NCBI GenBank assembly: GCA_020053475.1
Contig: JAGVNC010000028.1
Coordinates: forward strand, 551 to 64,550
From: Candidatus Omnitrophota bacterium
GTDB lineage: Bacteria; Omnitrophota; Gorgyraeia; Zapsychrales; Zapsychraceae
DNA: 64,000 bases
Direction of reading: 5' to 3'
In this document: piece by piece, positions 27,106 through 36,361 of the stretch
How positions within the stretch are numbered: position 1 is the first letter of the stretch
How the letters are laid out: each line of letters begins with the position of its first letter
Made by a program: the position numbers and the translations under genes
Notes under the pieces: generated by a model
What the model was told of the DNA's origin: nothing
Seen by the model: only the letters and a program-made list of their open reading frames with translations
Databases searched by the model: none

Positions 27106-28836
27106 TTAATTTTTGTCTTTAATTTTTTGCTGAATCATTGTTAAAAACTCGTTGAACAACATCCCGCCTTTTTCGCCTTCATGATAAGAACGAACAGCCA
27201 TTTTCTTCTCTTGTTTTTCTTTGTCCCCCACAACAAGAATGTAGGGAATCTTGCGGACCGTGGCTTCACGCACACGCTTGCCTAAACTTTCGTTTCTGTG
27301 GTCAATTATAGCGCGCACGCCATGGCTTTGTAAATTCTCTTTTAATTCTTCTGCATACCCATAATGATTTTCTCTGATGGGAATAATCGCCGCCTGAACC
27401 GGTGCCAACCAAACCGGGAATGCCCCGCCGTAATGCTCGATCAGCGTCCCCAAGAAACGCTCTAGGCTCCCTAAAATCGCCCGATGGATCATGATCGGGG
27501 AGCTTTCCCCTCCGGATTCGTTGATATACCCTAATTTAAACCGCTCCGGTAATGAAAAATCGCATTGGATCGTCGCACACTGCCATTGTCGCTTGATCGC
27601 ATCGCGCAATTTAATGTCAATTTTCGGGCCGTAAAAGGCGCCTTCCCCTTCGTTAATCTGATACGTTAATTTCTTTTCTTCCAATGCGGCTTGCAACGCG
27701 CGCGTGGCCGTTTCCCAATTTTTTAAACTTCCGATATATTTTTCCGGACGCGTACTTAATTCAATGTCTATGTCTTTGAACCCAAAATCATTCATCACCT
27801 CAAACACAAAATCAATAACGCCTTCGACTTCTGCCTTGACTTGATCCTCTCGGCAGAAAATGTGGGCGTCGTCCTGGGTAAATCCCCGGACACGTAAAAG
27901 CCCGTGCAAAACACCGGCCTTTTCTCGACGATAAACAGTTCCTAATTCAAAATAGCGGATCGGCAGGTCACGGTATGACCGCGTCTTGGAGCGATAAATC
28001 AGGATGTGCCCCGGACAATTCATCGGCTTGACCGCAAACTCTTCGTTATCGATTTTGAACAAATACATATTCTCGCGATAATGCTCAAGATGCCCGCTTT
28101 CTTCCCACAATTTATTCTTTAACAAGTGCGGAGTCATGACCAAGTCGTACCCGCGGGCCAAATGTTTTTCACGCACATAATCTTCGATGATCTTACGAAG
28201 CATGGCACCCGCCGGATGATAAAACACAACCCCTGCCCCGGCAGATTCGTGATAAAAATTGAAAAGGTCTAATTGCACGCCTAATTTACGGTGGTCGCGT
28301 TTTTGCGCTTCCTCTAACATCTTAAGATGTTCATCGAGTTCTTGTTGGCTAAAAAACGCGGTGCCATAAATCCGTTGTAATTTGGGCTTTGTTTCATCGC
28401 CGCGCCAATAAGAACCTGCCACTGACAGCAATTTGAATGCCTTGATCTGCCCTGCGTTATCGACGTGCGGCCCCTTGCAAAGATCAAACCATTCCTTGCC
28501 GGTATTAACAATAGATACTTCCTTGTCGGGGATGCCTTCGATCAGCTCAACTTTATAATTTTCCTTCATTGTCGCAAAGAGATTGATCGCTTCGGCGCGT
28601 GACAGGGACGACTGCGTAAATGCCGGCTTGCGCTCAATGATTTGGCGCATGGCCTTTTCAATCTTTTTCAAATCCTCGTCGGTAAATGGCTCGGCGCGCT
28701 CGAAATCATAATAAAATCCGTTATCGATGGCCGGGCCGATGGTCACCTTCACCTGTGGCCAAAGCTGTTGGACCGCCTGGGCCATCACGTGAGAGCAACT
28801 ATGGCGTAATTTGTCTAAATCTGTTTTATATTCCAT
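27106..28836 (-). CDS. thrS: Threonine--tRNA ligase, 576 aa. It begins at the editing (N2) domain and has no N-terminal TGS domain.
   Basis: HSCSHVMAQAV editing motif and class II catalytic motifs, upstream of infC. Confidence 0.9.
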   Translation of the reverse strand: MEYKTDLDKLRHSCSHVMAQAVQQLWPQVKVTIGPAIDNGFYYDFERAEPFTDEDLKKIEKAMRQIIERKPAFTQSSLSRAEAINLFATMKENYKVELIEGIPDKEVSIVNTGKEWFDLCKGPHVDNAGQIKAFKLLSVAGSYWRGDETKPKLQRIYGTAFFSQQELDEHLKMLEEAQKRDHRKLGVQLDLFNFYHESAGAGVVFYHPAGAMLRKIIEDYVREKHLARGYDLVMTPHLLKNKLWEESGHLEHYRENMYLFKIDNEEFAVKPMNCPGHILIYRSKTRSYRDLPIRYFELGTVYRREKAGVLHGLLRVRGFTQDDAHIFCREDQVKAEVEGVIDFVFEVMNDFGFKDIDIELSTRPEKYIGSLKNWETATRALQAALEEKKLTYQINEGEGAFYGPKIDIKLRDAIKRQWQCATIQCDFSLPERFKLGYINESGGESSPIMIHRAILGSLERFLGTLIEHYGGAFPVWLAPVQAAIIPIRENHYGYAEELKENLQSHGVRAIIDHRNESLGKRVREATVRKIPYILVVGDKEKQEKKMAVRSYHEGEKGGMLFNEFLTMIQQKIKDKN

Positions 28837-28850
28837 AAGTTTGTTGCTTG

Positions 28851-28913
28851 TCCCGTGGAAGGCTTCGCCTTCCCGGGATTTAATCCCCGAAATCGCCTTG
28901 CGATTTCAGGGGA
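28851..28913. repeat. Triple-hairpin repeat element, copy 1: GGAAGG-N5-CCTTCC, GGGATTTAATCCC, GAAATCGC-N4-GCGATTTC. It sits 15 nt upstream of the thrS start.
   Basis: Plus strand tcccgtggaaggcttcgccttcccgggatttaatccccgaaatcgccttgcgatttcagggga. Copies also occur at 29151-29213 (inverted) and 34147-34210. Confidence 0.7.
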
Positions 28914-28999
28914 TCGCTTGTCGCTTGTCGCTCGAGAGACGAGAAACCAGCAACTAGCGACAAAATCTGGTGGACCCGAGAGGAGAACCTCAAACCAAA

Positions 29000-29074
29000 T
29001 GGACCCGACAAGACTCGAACTTGTGACCTTTTCCATGTCAAGGAAACGCTCTAACCAAACTGAGCTACGGGTCC
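29000..29074 (-). tRNA. tRNA-Val (anticodon GAC).
   Basis: The reverse complement folds as a cloverleaf: acceptor GGACCCG/CGGGUCC, anticodon loop UUGACAU, T-loop UUCGAGU. Confidence 0.85.
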
Positions 29075-29150
29075 GGATTTAAATTCGAAATCCAAATCTC
29101 GAAATTCGAAACATCTGTTTCGTGCTTCCCCGGCCCGCGGCTTTTAGCCG

Positions 29151-29213
29151 TCCCCTGAAATCGCAGAGCGCTTTCGGGGATTAAATTCCAGAAAGGCTTT
29201 GCCTTTCATGGAA
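29151..29213. repeat. Triple-hairpin repeat element, copy 2, in inverted orientation, between tRNA-Val and tRNA-Leu.
   Basis: tcccctgaaatcgcagagcgctttcggggattaaattccagaaaggctttgcctttcatgga is about 85 percent identical to the reverse complement of copy 1. Confidence 0.65.
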
Positions 29214-29260
29214 CAAAGCGGCGGGGCGGGCGGATTTCGTATTGAGAATTTTTTTACACA

Positions 29261-29343
29261 TGGGCAAGGAGGGAGTCGAACCCTCACAGCCTTACGGCCA
29301 CAGGATTTTAAGTCCTGCGTGTATGCCATTCCACCACTTGCCC
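29261..29343 (-). tRNA. tRNA-Leu (anticodon UAA), class II with a long variable arm.
   Basis: Reverse complement GGGCAAGUGGUGGAAUGGCAUACACGCAGGACUUAAAAUCCUG...GGUUCGACUCCCUCCUUGCCCA, with anticodon loop CUUAAAA. Confidence 0.85.
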
Positions 29344-29449
29344 AGTAAAATCAGCGACCAGTGGTCAGTGCACAGTGATCAGAAAAGGAATATCGCGCAT
29401 GTTCGTATCTTTCTGGCCACTGACAACTGAACACTCTCCACTAAACTTA

Positions 29450-29521
29450 AGGCGCGAATCGGAATCGAACCGATGTATAGTGGTTTTGCAGACCACTGCC
29501 TTACCACTTGGCTATCGCGCC
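29450..29521 (-). tRNA. tRNA-Cys (anticodon GCA).
   Basis: Reverse complement GGCGCGAUAGCCAAGUGGUAAGGCAGUGGUCUGCAAAACCAC...GGUUCGAUUCCGAUUCGCGCCU, with discriminator U. Confidence 0.85.
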
Positions 29522-29536
29522 ACGTTCAAATATCAA

Positions 29537-30079
29537 TCACACAACTCTTGTGACGGCTTGGACAATATCTTCCACGTCGGCGATATGGCCATCATCGGTG
29601 ATGCCGCAAGCCAAATTCCCCTTCACCGGTTCAATAAATTTAATCCCGTATTTTTTAAGCTTAGCGCAATTGTCCTGCACAATCTTATTTTGATACATAT
29701 GGGTATTCATGGCAGGAGCAATCAGGATGGGTGCTTGAGTTCCCAAAAGAATGCATGTCAATAAATCATCGGCGATGCCGCAAGCAATTTTTCCGATAAT
29801 GTTGGCAGTGGCGGGCGCGATCAAAACACAATCGGCACTTTCGGCCAATCGAATGTGGGGCATTTGCCAGGCCGATGCCGCATCCCTCAAGGACGAACGA
29901 TAAACCTCTTCTCCGGCGAGACTTGATAATGTTAAAGGCGTAATAAAGTGTTCGGCCGATTCGCTCATGACCACAGAAACGTTATATCCTTTTTCCTGGA
30001 GTCGGCGCAAAATATCGGCAGCCTTATAAGCTGCGATGCTCCCCGTTACACCTAAAATAATCCGCTTATGTTTATTCAC
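29537..30079 (-). CDS. coaC: Phosphopantothenoylcysteine decarboxylase (CoaC flavoprotein domain only), 180 aa.
   Basis: N-terminus ILGVTGSIAAYKAADILRRL and the PAMNTHMY motif. No fused CoaB domain. Confidence 0.75.
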   Translation of the reverse strand: MNKHKRIILGVTGSIAAYKAADILRRLQEKGYNVSVVMSESAEHFITPLTLSSLAGEEVYRSSLRDAASAWQMPHIRLAESADCVLIAPATANIIGKIACGIADDLLTCILLGTQAPILIAPAMNTHMYQNKIVQDNCAKLKKYGIKFIEPVKGNLACGITDDGHIADVEDIVQAVTRVV

Positions 30080-30097
30080 GACGAACCATCTTTTGGG

Positions 30098-30343
30098 TTA
30101 TTTTTTCTTAGATTCTTTTGAAAGGGCTTCGGTTCGATCAGCGGCGGCTTGTTTGGTCATAACCTTGCCTTTGAGGATTTCTTCAAGGGCAATGGTTGTT
30201 GTTTTCTCGGACATAGACATTTCGACTAATTTCGGTTTTCCCTCAGCCAGTTCCTGCGCACGTAAAGCAGCCAATCGCACTAGTTTATAAACGCTCCACT
30301 CTGCCCTGGGTAACAAATTCTCGATGGGTTGTCTCATCGTCAT
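30098..30343 (-). CDS. rpoZ: DNA-directed RNA polymerase subunit omega, 81 aa.
   Basis: SVYKLVRLAALRAQELAEG matches the omega consensus. Downstream of gmk (gmk-rpoZ synteny). A candidate promoter TTGACA-17-TATATA lies in 30344-30501. Confidence 0.8.
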   Translation of the reverse strand: MTMRQPIENLLPRAEWSVYKLVRLAALRAQELAEGKPKLVEMSMSEKTTTIALEEILKGKVMTKQAAADRTEALSKESKKK

Positions 30344-30501
30344 AAATATTTCTCCTTTTAAAAACCAACGACTTAATAAAATATAGTTTTAGTATTATAT
30401 ATATCCAAGAAATAGGGACTATATATAGCATAAGCCTTTCGTCTTGTCAATCTTCCCATCAGGCGGGCCTGAAAAAGCGAGCTTGGCCCGGGAGTGGCTC
30501 C

Positions 30502-31074
30502 TTAGCGCTGGACGATCCTTAAGATGAGCTTCGCAAGTTGTTGATAACAGCTGGAAAAATTGTCATTCACAATCACATAGTCGTATTCGCGGGCTTGTTT
30601 CATTTCTTCGCTGGCCACTTTCATGCGCAGGGACAGGCTTTGGTTTGTTTCGGTGCCTCTTTGCTTTAAGCGTTCCTTCAAAATAGCCAGGGATGGAACT
30701 TTGACAAAAATAGTGATGGCATGCGGCAGTTTTCGGCGGACGACATTGGCCCCCTTGACATCGATTGTTAGCAAAACGTTTTTGCCTTCTTTTAATAAAT
30801 CCTTCACACCCTTTTGGGGCGTGCCGTAGTAGTTACCAAAAACTTTTTGCGATTCCAGAAAATGCCCCGACCGTTTTTTGAATAAAAAGGCCTTGGGGCT
30901 GATAAAAAAATAATCCCGGCCATGTTTTTCTCCAGCCCGTCGGGAACGTGTCGTGATCGACACACAGCGGATCAAACGCCCGGACAGTCTTTTACTCGCC
31001 AAGATTTTCTGATAAAGTGTCGTTTTCCCGGATCCGGAAGGCCCGGAAAGAATGATGATTTTCCCTCGACGCAT
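30502..31074 (-). CDS. gmk: Guanylate kinase, 190 aa.
   Basis: P-loop IIILSGPSGSGKTTL and guanylate kinase core. Confidence 0.9.
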   Translation of the reverse strand: MRRGKIIILSGPSGSGKTTLYQKILASKRLSGRLIRCVSITTRSRRAGEKHGRDYFFISPKAFLFKKRSGHFLESQKVFGNYYGTPQKGVKDLLKEGKNVLLTIDVKGANVVRRKLPHAITIFVKVPSLAILKERLKQRGTETNQSLSLRMKVASEEMKQAREYDYVIVNDNFSSCYQQLAKLILRIVQR

Positions 31075-31127
31075 GGATGGCGATGAACCCTTCTTCCTTG
31101 GAAGGCTAACAATGACGCATCGAGAAG

Positions 31128-31949
31128 TTACTCGACGTTTTGTGCCTGTTCGCGGATTTTTTCTACTTTTCCTTTCAGGGCAATCACCTGATTGGAAACA
31201 ATTTTATCTTGTAATTTGGACCCGATGGTGTTGGTTTCCCGCTGCATTTCTTGAGCAATAAAGTCAATTTTCTTGCCAATCGCCGCAGAACTTTTCAACA
31301 GAATCTTCATCTCTTCGACATAATGCCTGAGCCGCATCAACTCTTCGCTGACATCGTTACTTTTACGAAAAGAAACGATTTCATCATGCGTTAATATTTT
31401 TTGCTTCTCACGTAAAATATGGCCATAGCGCCCTTGAATTTTTTGGATCCGCTGTTGCATGCGCCGTAAAAGGACATTAATGTCCGCCGCCAAACTCTTG
31501 CCTTCCCGCAGGCGCATGCGTACCAAATCGTTCAAGGCTTGATCGATAGAACGACGGAACGCCGGCCATATCGCATCTGGGTCGATGAATGTTTCCTTGG
31601 CCTCAACAACACCCGGGAGCTTGACGACATCCGACAATGTTAGATCATTTTCAAACCCAAATTCACGCTCTAGTTGATGAATAAACTTTAAATGTTGACG
31701 GACAATATCTTTGTTTAACGATACAGCAATGGTGGGTTTTTCGATAATTTTAAAATTGACCGTAATGCGCCCCCGTTCGATGTGTTTTTGCAACAAGCTG
31801 CGCAAACGATCTTCGAATGCGGCGAATCCCCCGGGAAGATAAAATGTCACATCAAAATAGCGGTGATTCAATGTTTTGATTTCGACCAACGCCCTTAACT
31901 TTCCAACGGCCACTTCTTTGGTACCAAACCCTGTCATCCCCTTAATCAT
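31128..31949 (-). CDS. yicC: YicC-family protein (YicC_N plus DUF1732), about 273 aa. Start MIKGMTGFG at 31947-31949; it overlaps the ndk stop codon.
   Basis: The MTGFG N-terminal motif is typical of YicC. Confidence 0.7.
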   Translation of the reverse strand: MIKGMTGFGTKEVAVGKLRALVEIKTLNHRYFDVTFYLPGGFAAFEDRLRSLLQKHIERGRITVNFKIIEKPTIAVSLNKDIVRQHLKFIHQLEREFGFENDLTLSDVVKLPGVVEAKETFIDPDAIWPAFRRSIDQALNDLVRMRLREGKSLAADINVLLRRMQQRIQKIQGRYGHILREKQKILTHDEIVSFRKSNDVSEELMRLRHYVEEMKILLKSSAAIGKKIDFIAQEMQRETNTIGSKLQDKIVSNQVIALKGKVEKIREQAQNVE

Positions 31950-32434
31950 GAACGTCCCTTCGCTTTTGATTGTTGAATATGTTGAGAAAAGCCGCGCACT
32001 TCCGCCGGGGTAAACCATAAGCGTATTTCCCGTCGCGCCTCTTTCGCATTCGACGAAACATGGACAACATTTTCATAAACGCCTTTGGTCGTGATGCGCC
32101 CAAACGCCCCTCGAATGCTGCGCGGGTTGGCTTCCTCGGGGTTCGTGGCGCCGGCAATGGCCCGGCAGCGTTTGATGGCCTGGTCTCCATAATACACCAT
32201 CACCAAAACACTCCCAATCCCATTTAATTTTCCCGACAAATAATTAATAATCTCTTCGAAAAAAGGCTTGTTCCTTAATTGTTCATAATGCGCCGCGGCC
32301 AACGCCCGCGTAACTTTCGCCATCTTAATCCCGACGAGTCTTAAAAAAGGAGTGTCGTAACGATCCAAGACGGGGCCGATGAGCCCTCGCTGAATGCCGT
32401 CCGGCTTAATAATGACTAAGGCTGATTCGTTCAT
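31946..32434 (-). CDS. ndk: Nucleoside diphosphate kinase, 162 aa.
   Basis: LVIIKPDG... and NVVHVSS (the active-site His region), with a short C-terminal extension. Confidence 0.8.
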   Translation of the reverse strand: MNESALVIIKPDGIQRGLIGPVLDRYDTPFLRLVGIKMAKVTRALAAAHYEQLRNKPFFEEIINYLSGKLNGIGSVLVMVYYGDQAIKRCRAIAGATNPEEANPRSIRGAFGRITTKGVYENVVHVSSNAKEARREIRLWFTPAEVRGFSQHIQQSKAKGRS

Positions 32435-33288
32435 TTGTGCGAAATGGTTCTAACAATGCGATCCAGATCTTCTAGCGAATAATATTCGATCATGATTTTC
32501 CCGCGCTTCACTCCTCCGGCGATCGTCACCTTGGTCCCTAAAAGTTTTTGTAGCCCTTCTTGGAGAGTCGCGATCTGGGGGTGTTGTGCCATCGATCGTT
32601 TTTGTCGACGAGACTCTGGTTTTCCGGCGTTGACCAAGCGTTCCGTTTCACGCACGGACAATTGTTTTTTGACAATCAATTGATAAATCCTCTTCATCTC
32701 GGACGTTGAGTCCGCGGACAATAACGCCCGGGCGTGCCCGACGGAAACAACATCTCCGTAAAGGCTTTTCTTAATCTCTTCGGGTAAATTCAGCAAGCGC
32801 AGCATGTTGGTGATCGTCGAGCGGTCTTTCGCGACCGATTGGGCGACTTCGTCATGTGTGTAATGGAACTCCTCAATCAATTTTTTATAGGCTTCCGCCT
32901 CTTCCATCGGATTTAATTCCTGCCGCTGAATGTTTTCAATCAAGGCAATCACCAAGGCTTCCCTGTCAGTCACATCTTTGACAATGGCCGGTACTTGCGT
33001 TAACCCCAACGCGCGCGCTGCTTTTAATCGTCTTTCTCCGGCAATGATTTCATATCCCGTATCGGTGCGACGAACCAATATCGGCTGCAAAACACCTTTC
33101 TCTTTAATCGACGCTTTTAATTCATCGAGCTTGTTCCCATCATAATTTGTCCGCGGCTGAAGACGACTGTCTTTGATGAGTTCAACTTGTAAAAAATTCA
33201 CCCCATCTTCCTTTGAAGCCGTGGCCTTTTCGGGAATGAGCGCCGCTAATCCTTTTCCCAATGCTTTTGACATGATCACATCCTCCAA
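32431..33288 (-). CDS. parB: Chromosome partitioning protein ParB (Spo0J), 285 aa.
   Basis: ParB-box motif IIAGERRLKAARALG and an HTH. Confidence 0.9.
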   Translation of the reverse strand: MEDVIMSKALGKGLAALIPEKATASKEDGVNFLQVELIKDSRLQPRTNYDGNKLDELKASIKEKGVLQPILVRRTDTGYEIIAGERRLKAARALGLTQVPAIVKDVTDREALVIALIENIQRQELNPMEEAEAYKKLIEEFHYTHDEVAQSVAKDRSTITNMLRLLNLPEEIKKSLYGDVVSVGHARALLSADSTSEMKRIYQLIVKKQLSVRETERLVNAGKPESRRQKRSMAQHPQIATLQEGLQKLLGTKVTIAGGVKRGKIMIEYYSLEDLDRIVRTISHK

Positions 33289-33330
33289 GTGTTCAATAAT
33301 TGAACATTATTTAACATCCCCAATATTCAT

Positions 33331-34137
33331 TTAGGCCTCAGCCTTGACATTTCCCAACTTATTGGTATTAAATGATTTATATTCTTTTAAAAATTCGCGC
33401 GCGAGTTCATCATATTTCTTAGAGCCGATCGATGCTGGATCGTATTGATTAATCGGCTTCCCAAAGCTGGGCGCTTCACTTAATTTAACATTGCGAGGAA
33501 TAATCGCTTTGTAGACTTTATCTTTAAAATGATTTTTAATTTCATTAATCACTTCTTCGGTTAAGTTGGTACGAAAATCGGCCATCGTTAACAAAACGCC
33601 TTCGATGTGTAAATGAGGATTGAGGCTGTCTCGGATCAGACTAATTGTACTTAAAAGCTGTGATACCCCCTCTAGGGCGTAAAACTCACATTGGATGGGA
33701 ACAAGAATCGAATCGCACGCAACTAACGAATTCAAGGTTAAAAGGCCCAAAGATGGCGGCGAATCAATGAAGATGTAATCATATTGATCTTTGATTGAGT
33801 CCAAAGCTCTTTTGAGTCTTGTTTCGCGAGAAATGGCGCCGGCAAGTTCAATTTCGGCGCCGGTTAGATTGATATTACAAGGAAGGATTGAAAGGTTGGG
33901 ATAGGCGGTTTGAAGAATGACATCGGCGATTTGCGATCTATTAAGTAGAATCTCGTAAACAGAGGATCCTAATTCATTTTTGTTGACCCCAATCCCGCTA
34001 GTTGCATTCCCCTGCGGATCAGCATCGACAATAAGCACCTTTTTGCCTAATTCGGCTAAAGCTGCGGATAAATTAACCGTTGTTGTTGTCTTTCCTGTGC
34101 CGCCTTTTTGATTACAAATGCTTATAATCTTGCCCAT
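33331..34137 (-). CDS. parA: Chromosome partitioning ATPase ParA (Soj), 268 aa.
   Basis: Deviant Walker A motif CNQKGGTGKTTT. Confidence 0.9.
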   Translation of the reverse strand: MGKIISICNQKGGTGKTTTTVNLSAALAELGKKVLIVDADPQGNATSGIGVNKNELGSSVYEILLNRSQIADVILQTAYPNLSILPCNINLTGAEIELAGAISRETRLKRALDSIKDQYDYIFIDSPPSLGLLTLNSLVACDSILVPIQCEFYALEGVSQLLSTISLIRDSLNPHLHIEGVLLTMADFRTNLTEEVINEIKNHFKDKVYKAIIPRNVKLSEAPSFGKPINQYDPASIGSKKYDELAREFLKEYKSFNTNKLGNVKAEA

Positions 34138-34146
34138 AGTTTGAGA

Positions 34147-34210
34147 TCCCGTGGAAGGAAAAACCTTCCCGGGATTTTAAATCCCTGAAATCGCAAAGCG
34201 ATTTCAGAGG
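34147..34210. repeat. Triple-hairpin repeat element, copy 3, 10 nt upstream of the parA start.
   Basis: tcccgtggaaggaaaaaccttcccgggattttaaatccctgaaatcgcaaagcgatttcagagga. Confidence 0.7.
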
Positions 34211-34211
34211 A

Positions 34212-34227
34212 TGTTTCACGTGAAACG
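34212..34227. promoter_or_regulatory. parS centromere site TGTTTCACGTGAAACG.
   Basis: 15/16 match to the canonical parS palindrome, upstream of parAB. Confidence 0.85.
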
Positions 34228-34248
34228 TTCATTTATCCAAGATTGGCA

Positions 34249-34264
34249 TGTTTCACGTGAAACA
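34249..34264. promoter_or_regulatory. parS centromere site TGTTTCACGTGAAACA, a perfect consensus.
   Basis: Perfect match to the canonical 16-nt parS, 37 nt from the first site. Confidence 0.9.
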
Positions 34265-34302
34265 TTACCGATAATTCTATTTTCTATGAATTCAGAGAAA
34301 AA

Positions 34303-34509
34303 TCAAGAAAATTGTTGTTTTTCTTTAATGGAGACTTTTATTTTGGCGGGCTTGGCACCCTCCATCCCGAAAAGGCCCTTCTTTTCTTCGCAGACGATCT
34401 TGACGACAATATCATCCCGGGTGACATTAAGAAGCTTAACCGCTTTCTCAATGGCCTCTTCTACGTCACCCCCTTCAACCTCTATGCTTTTGGACACTTT
34501 TTTTCTCAT
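34303..34509 (-). CDS. Jag/KhpB N-terminal-domain-only protein, 68 aa, with no KH or R3H domains.
   Basis: MRKKVSKSIEVEGGDVEEAIEKAVKLLNVTRDDIVVKIVCEEKKGLFGMEGAKPAKIKVSI resembles the Jag_N domain. It occupies the jag position downstream of yidC. Confidence 0.5.
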   Translation of the reverse strand: MRKKVSKSIEVEGGDVEEAIEKAVKLLNVTRDDIVVKIVCEEKKGLFGMEGAKPAKIKVSIKEKQQFS

Positions 34510-36125
34510 GCGATAACCGGTTGATTCTTGTACATCCGATATTGGGTAATCGTGGAAAAAATATAAAACATCGTAAAATATAGCGTCAATCCGCTCGCAA
34601 ATTTATAGAAAATGAACCCCATCATAATAGGCATCATGATCATCATCATTTTTTGCTGAGAAACCTGGGCCGCATCAGTCATTACCATGTTTTTGCTGGA
34701 AATCTTCTGCTGATAGAACATAATAAAAGCCATTAAAAGCGGCAGCAAATTGAGCTCATTGCCTATAATAGGTAAACTGTGCGGAAAAACAAACAAGCGA
34801 TCAGGCTCAGATAAGTCTTTGATCCACAAGAACTTAGCATTTTTAAAGGCTACTGATCGCCATAAAACCTGATAAAGTCCAATAAAAATTGGCATTTGAA
34901 ATAGAAACGGAAGGCATCCTCCAAAAGGGTTGATTTTCTCTCTTTTGTAAATCTCCATCATCTCTTGATTCATTTTTTGGGGATTATTCTTATATTTTTC
35001 CTTTAAACTCGCGATTTTAGGCTGGATGCCCTGAATTTTCTTCATGGATAACATCCCGCGGATCGTCAACGGGTATGTCACCAAATAAATAAGGCTGCTA
35101 ATGAGAATAATGACGATTCCCCAATTGGGGATAAATTTATAGAAGGCATGCATCGCAGAATAAATGATCTTGGCAATCCCATCAAACAAGCCAAAACGGT
35201 AAAACATCTGGATTTTTTCAAATCCTTCTTTGTATTTGCGCAAAAGCCTGATCTCTTCGGGGCCCGTATAAATAAGGCTATCAAAAACAGCCGTCCCTGC
35301 GCTTTCAATATTCTCGTCGGGAGAATGAATCGACACCTTTAGGTGGTGTTCATCCAAGGCATTGATTTTGTAACCAAATGTCTCGTAGCGCGGCTTGATG
35401 ATTGTGCAGAAATATTTATTTCGAAAACCGACCCATTCAATCGCTTCATTGGCTTCTTTATTTTCCTTATCGGAAAATTTAAAAGCGTTGTTCTTCCTTA
35501 TAGTTGAATTTTTAGCGAAGACAACGTATTCATTGAGAGGTTTATCAGTATCCCGTGTTTTGGGATTGTTTTGATTGGACATATCCAATTCATAACCAAT
35601 TGTCGAGCCATTAATCAGTTTGGACATTTCTGACTTATTAATGATCTTGGTCTTTGTTTGGATTATAAATTCTCCTTGGACAATTTCATAAATTCTTTCT
35701 ATTTTAATATCACTTGATTCCCATTCATATTTGATAAAGTTTTCTCTTAACTCACTTGCATTATAAATATTTGAATCAAAGCTCAGCAAATAGTTAATGC
35801 TTGTTAAAGGAAAAGAGACCCGATATTCCTTTAAGCGAATATTTTTAATCGTCCCTCCAATATTAGAAAATTCAACGATCAGCTTGTCCGATTCCAAAGT
35901 ACTTATTTGTTCATTGTCTATTGGCTTAAGCACAACTGTATTTTGCTCAACCGGGAAAGAAGGAGGGCGAGAGGAAGGACTGGTCGCCGTTGAATCCGCA
36001 ACTTGTTTATTATCAACAACTTGTGTTGTTTCTTTTAGCGGGCGCCTAGGCGGAGGGAATAAAACAGACCACGCAAACAAAACAAGAAAAGATAAGACAA
36101 CGGGAATGATTAATCGTTTTTCCAT
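34506..36125 (-). CDS. yidC: Membrane protein insertase YidC, 539 aa.
   Basis: N-terminal TM helix, a periplasmic domain and the conserved C-terminal 5-TM YidC/Oxa1 core. Confidence 0.9.
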   Translation of the reverse strand: MEKRLIIPVVLSFLVLFAWSVLFPPPRRPLKETTQVVDNKQVADSTATSPSSRPPSFPVEQNTVVLKPIDNEQISTLESDKLIVEFSNIGGTIKNIRLKEYRVSFPLTSINYLLSFDSNIYNASELRENFIKYEWESSDIKIERIYEIVQGEFIIQTKTKIINKSEMSKLINGSTIGYELDMSNQNNPKTRDTDKPLNEYVVFAKNSTIRKNNAFKFSDKENKEANEAIEWVGFRNKYFCTIIKPRYETFGYKINALDEHHLKVSIHSPDENIESAGTAVFDSLIYTGPEEIRLLRKYKEGFEKIQMFYRFGLFDGIAKIIYSAMHAFYKFIPNWGIVIILISSLIYLVTYPLTIRGMLSMKKIQGIQPKIASLKEKYKNNPQKMNQEMMEIYKREKINPFGGCLPFLFQMPIFIGLYQVLWRSVAFKNAKFLWIKDLSEPDRLFVFPHSLPIIGNELNLLPLLMAFIMFYQQKISSKNMVMTDAAQVSQQKMMMIMMPIMMGFIFYKFASGLTLYFTMFYIFSTITQYRMYKNQPVIA

Positions 36126-36127
36126 AG

Positions 36128-36334
36128 TTAAACCGGATCGTAACCACCCTTAAAAAGGGGGTTGCATTTCAATATTCGCAAAAAGGCCTTCGTTAAGCCA
36201 CGGCCTAGGCCATATTTACTCACAGCATCGAGGGCGTATTGGGAGCAGGAAGGGGTAAATCGACAAGCTGGAGGGAACAGCTGGCGACTAACGCATTGAT
36301 ATCCTTTGACAAGCGCCCGAAAGATAACGGCCAT
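36128..36334 (-). CDS. yidD: Membrane protein insertion efficiency factor YidD, 68 aa.
   Basis: Cys-rich small protein [11 protein letters not shown] typical of YidD. Confidence 0.85.
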   Translation of the reverse strand: MAVIFRALVKGYQCVSRQLFPPACRFTPSCSQYALDAVSKYGLGRGLTKAFLRILKCNPLFKGGYDPV

Positions 36335-36361
36335 GGATTAGTTCTCCCGCTGATGCTTGGC

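Noticed and set aside
28815-29764. Several ORF-track entries (28815-29036 minus, 28855-29082 plus, 29144-29329 minus, 29242-29430 plus, 29375-29764 plus) in the tRNA region.
   Set aside because: They overlap the three tRNA genes and the palindromic repeat elements, have no RBS, and have low-complexity translations. They are spurious.
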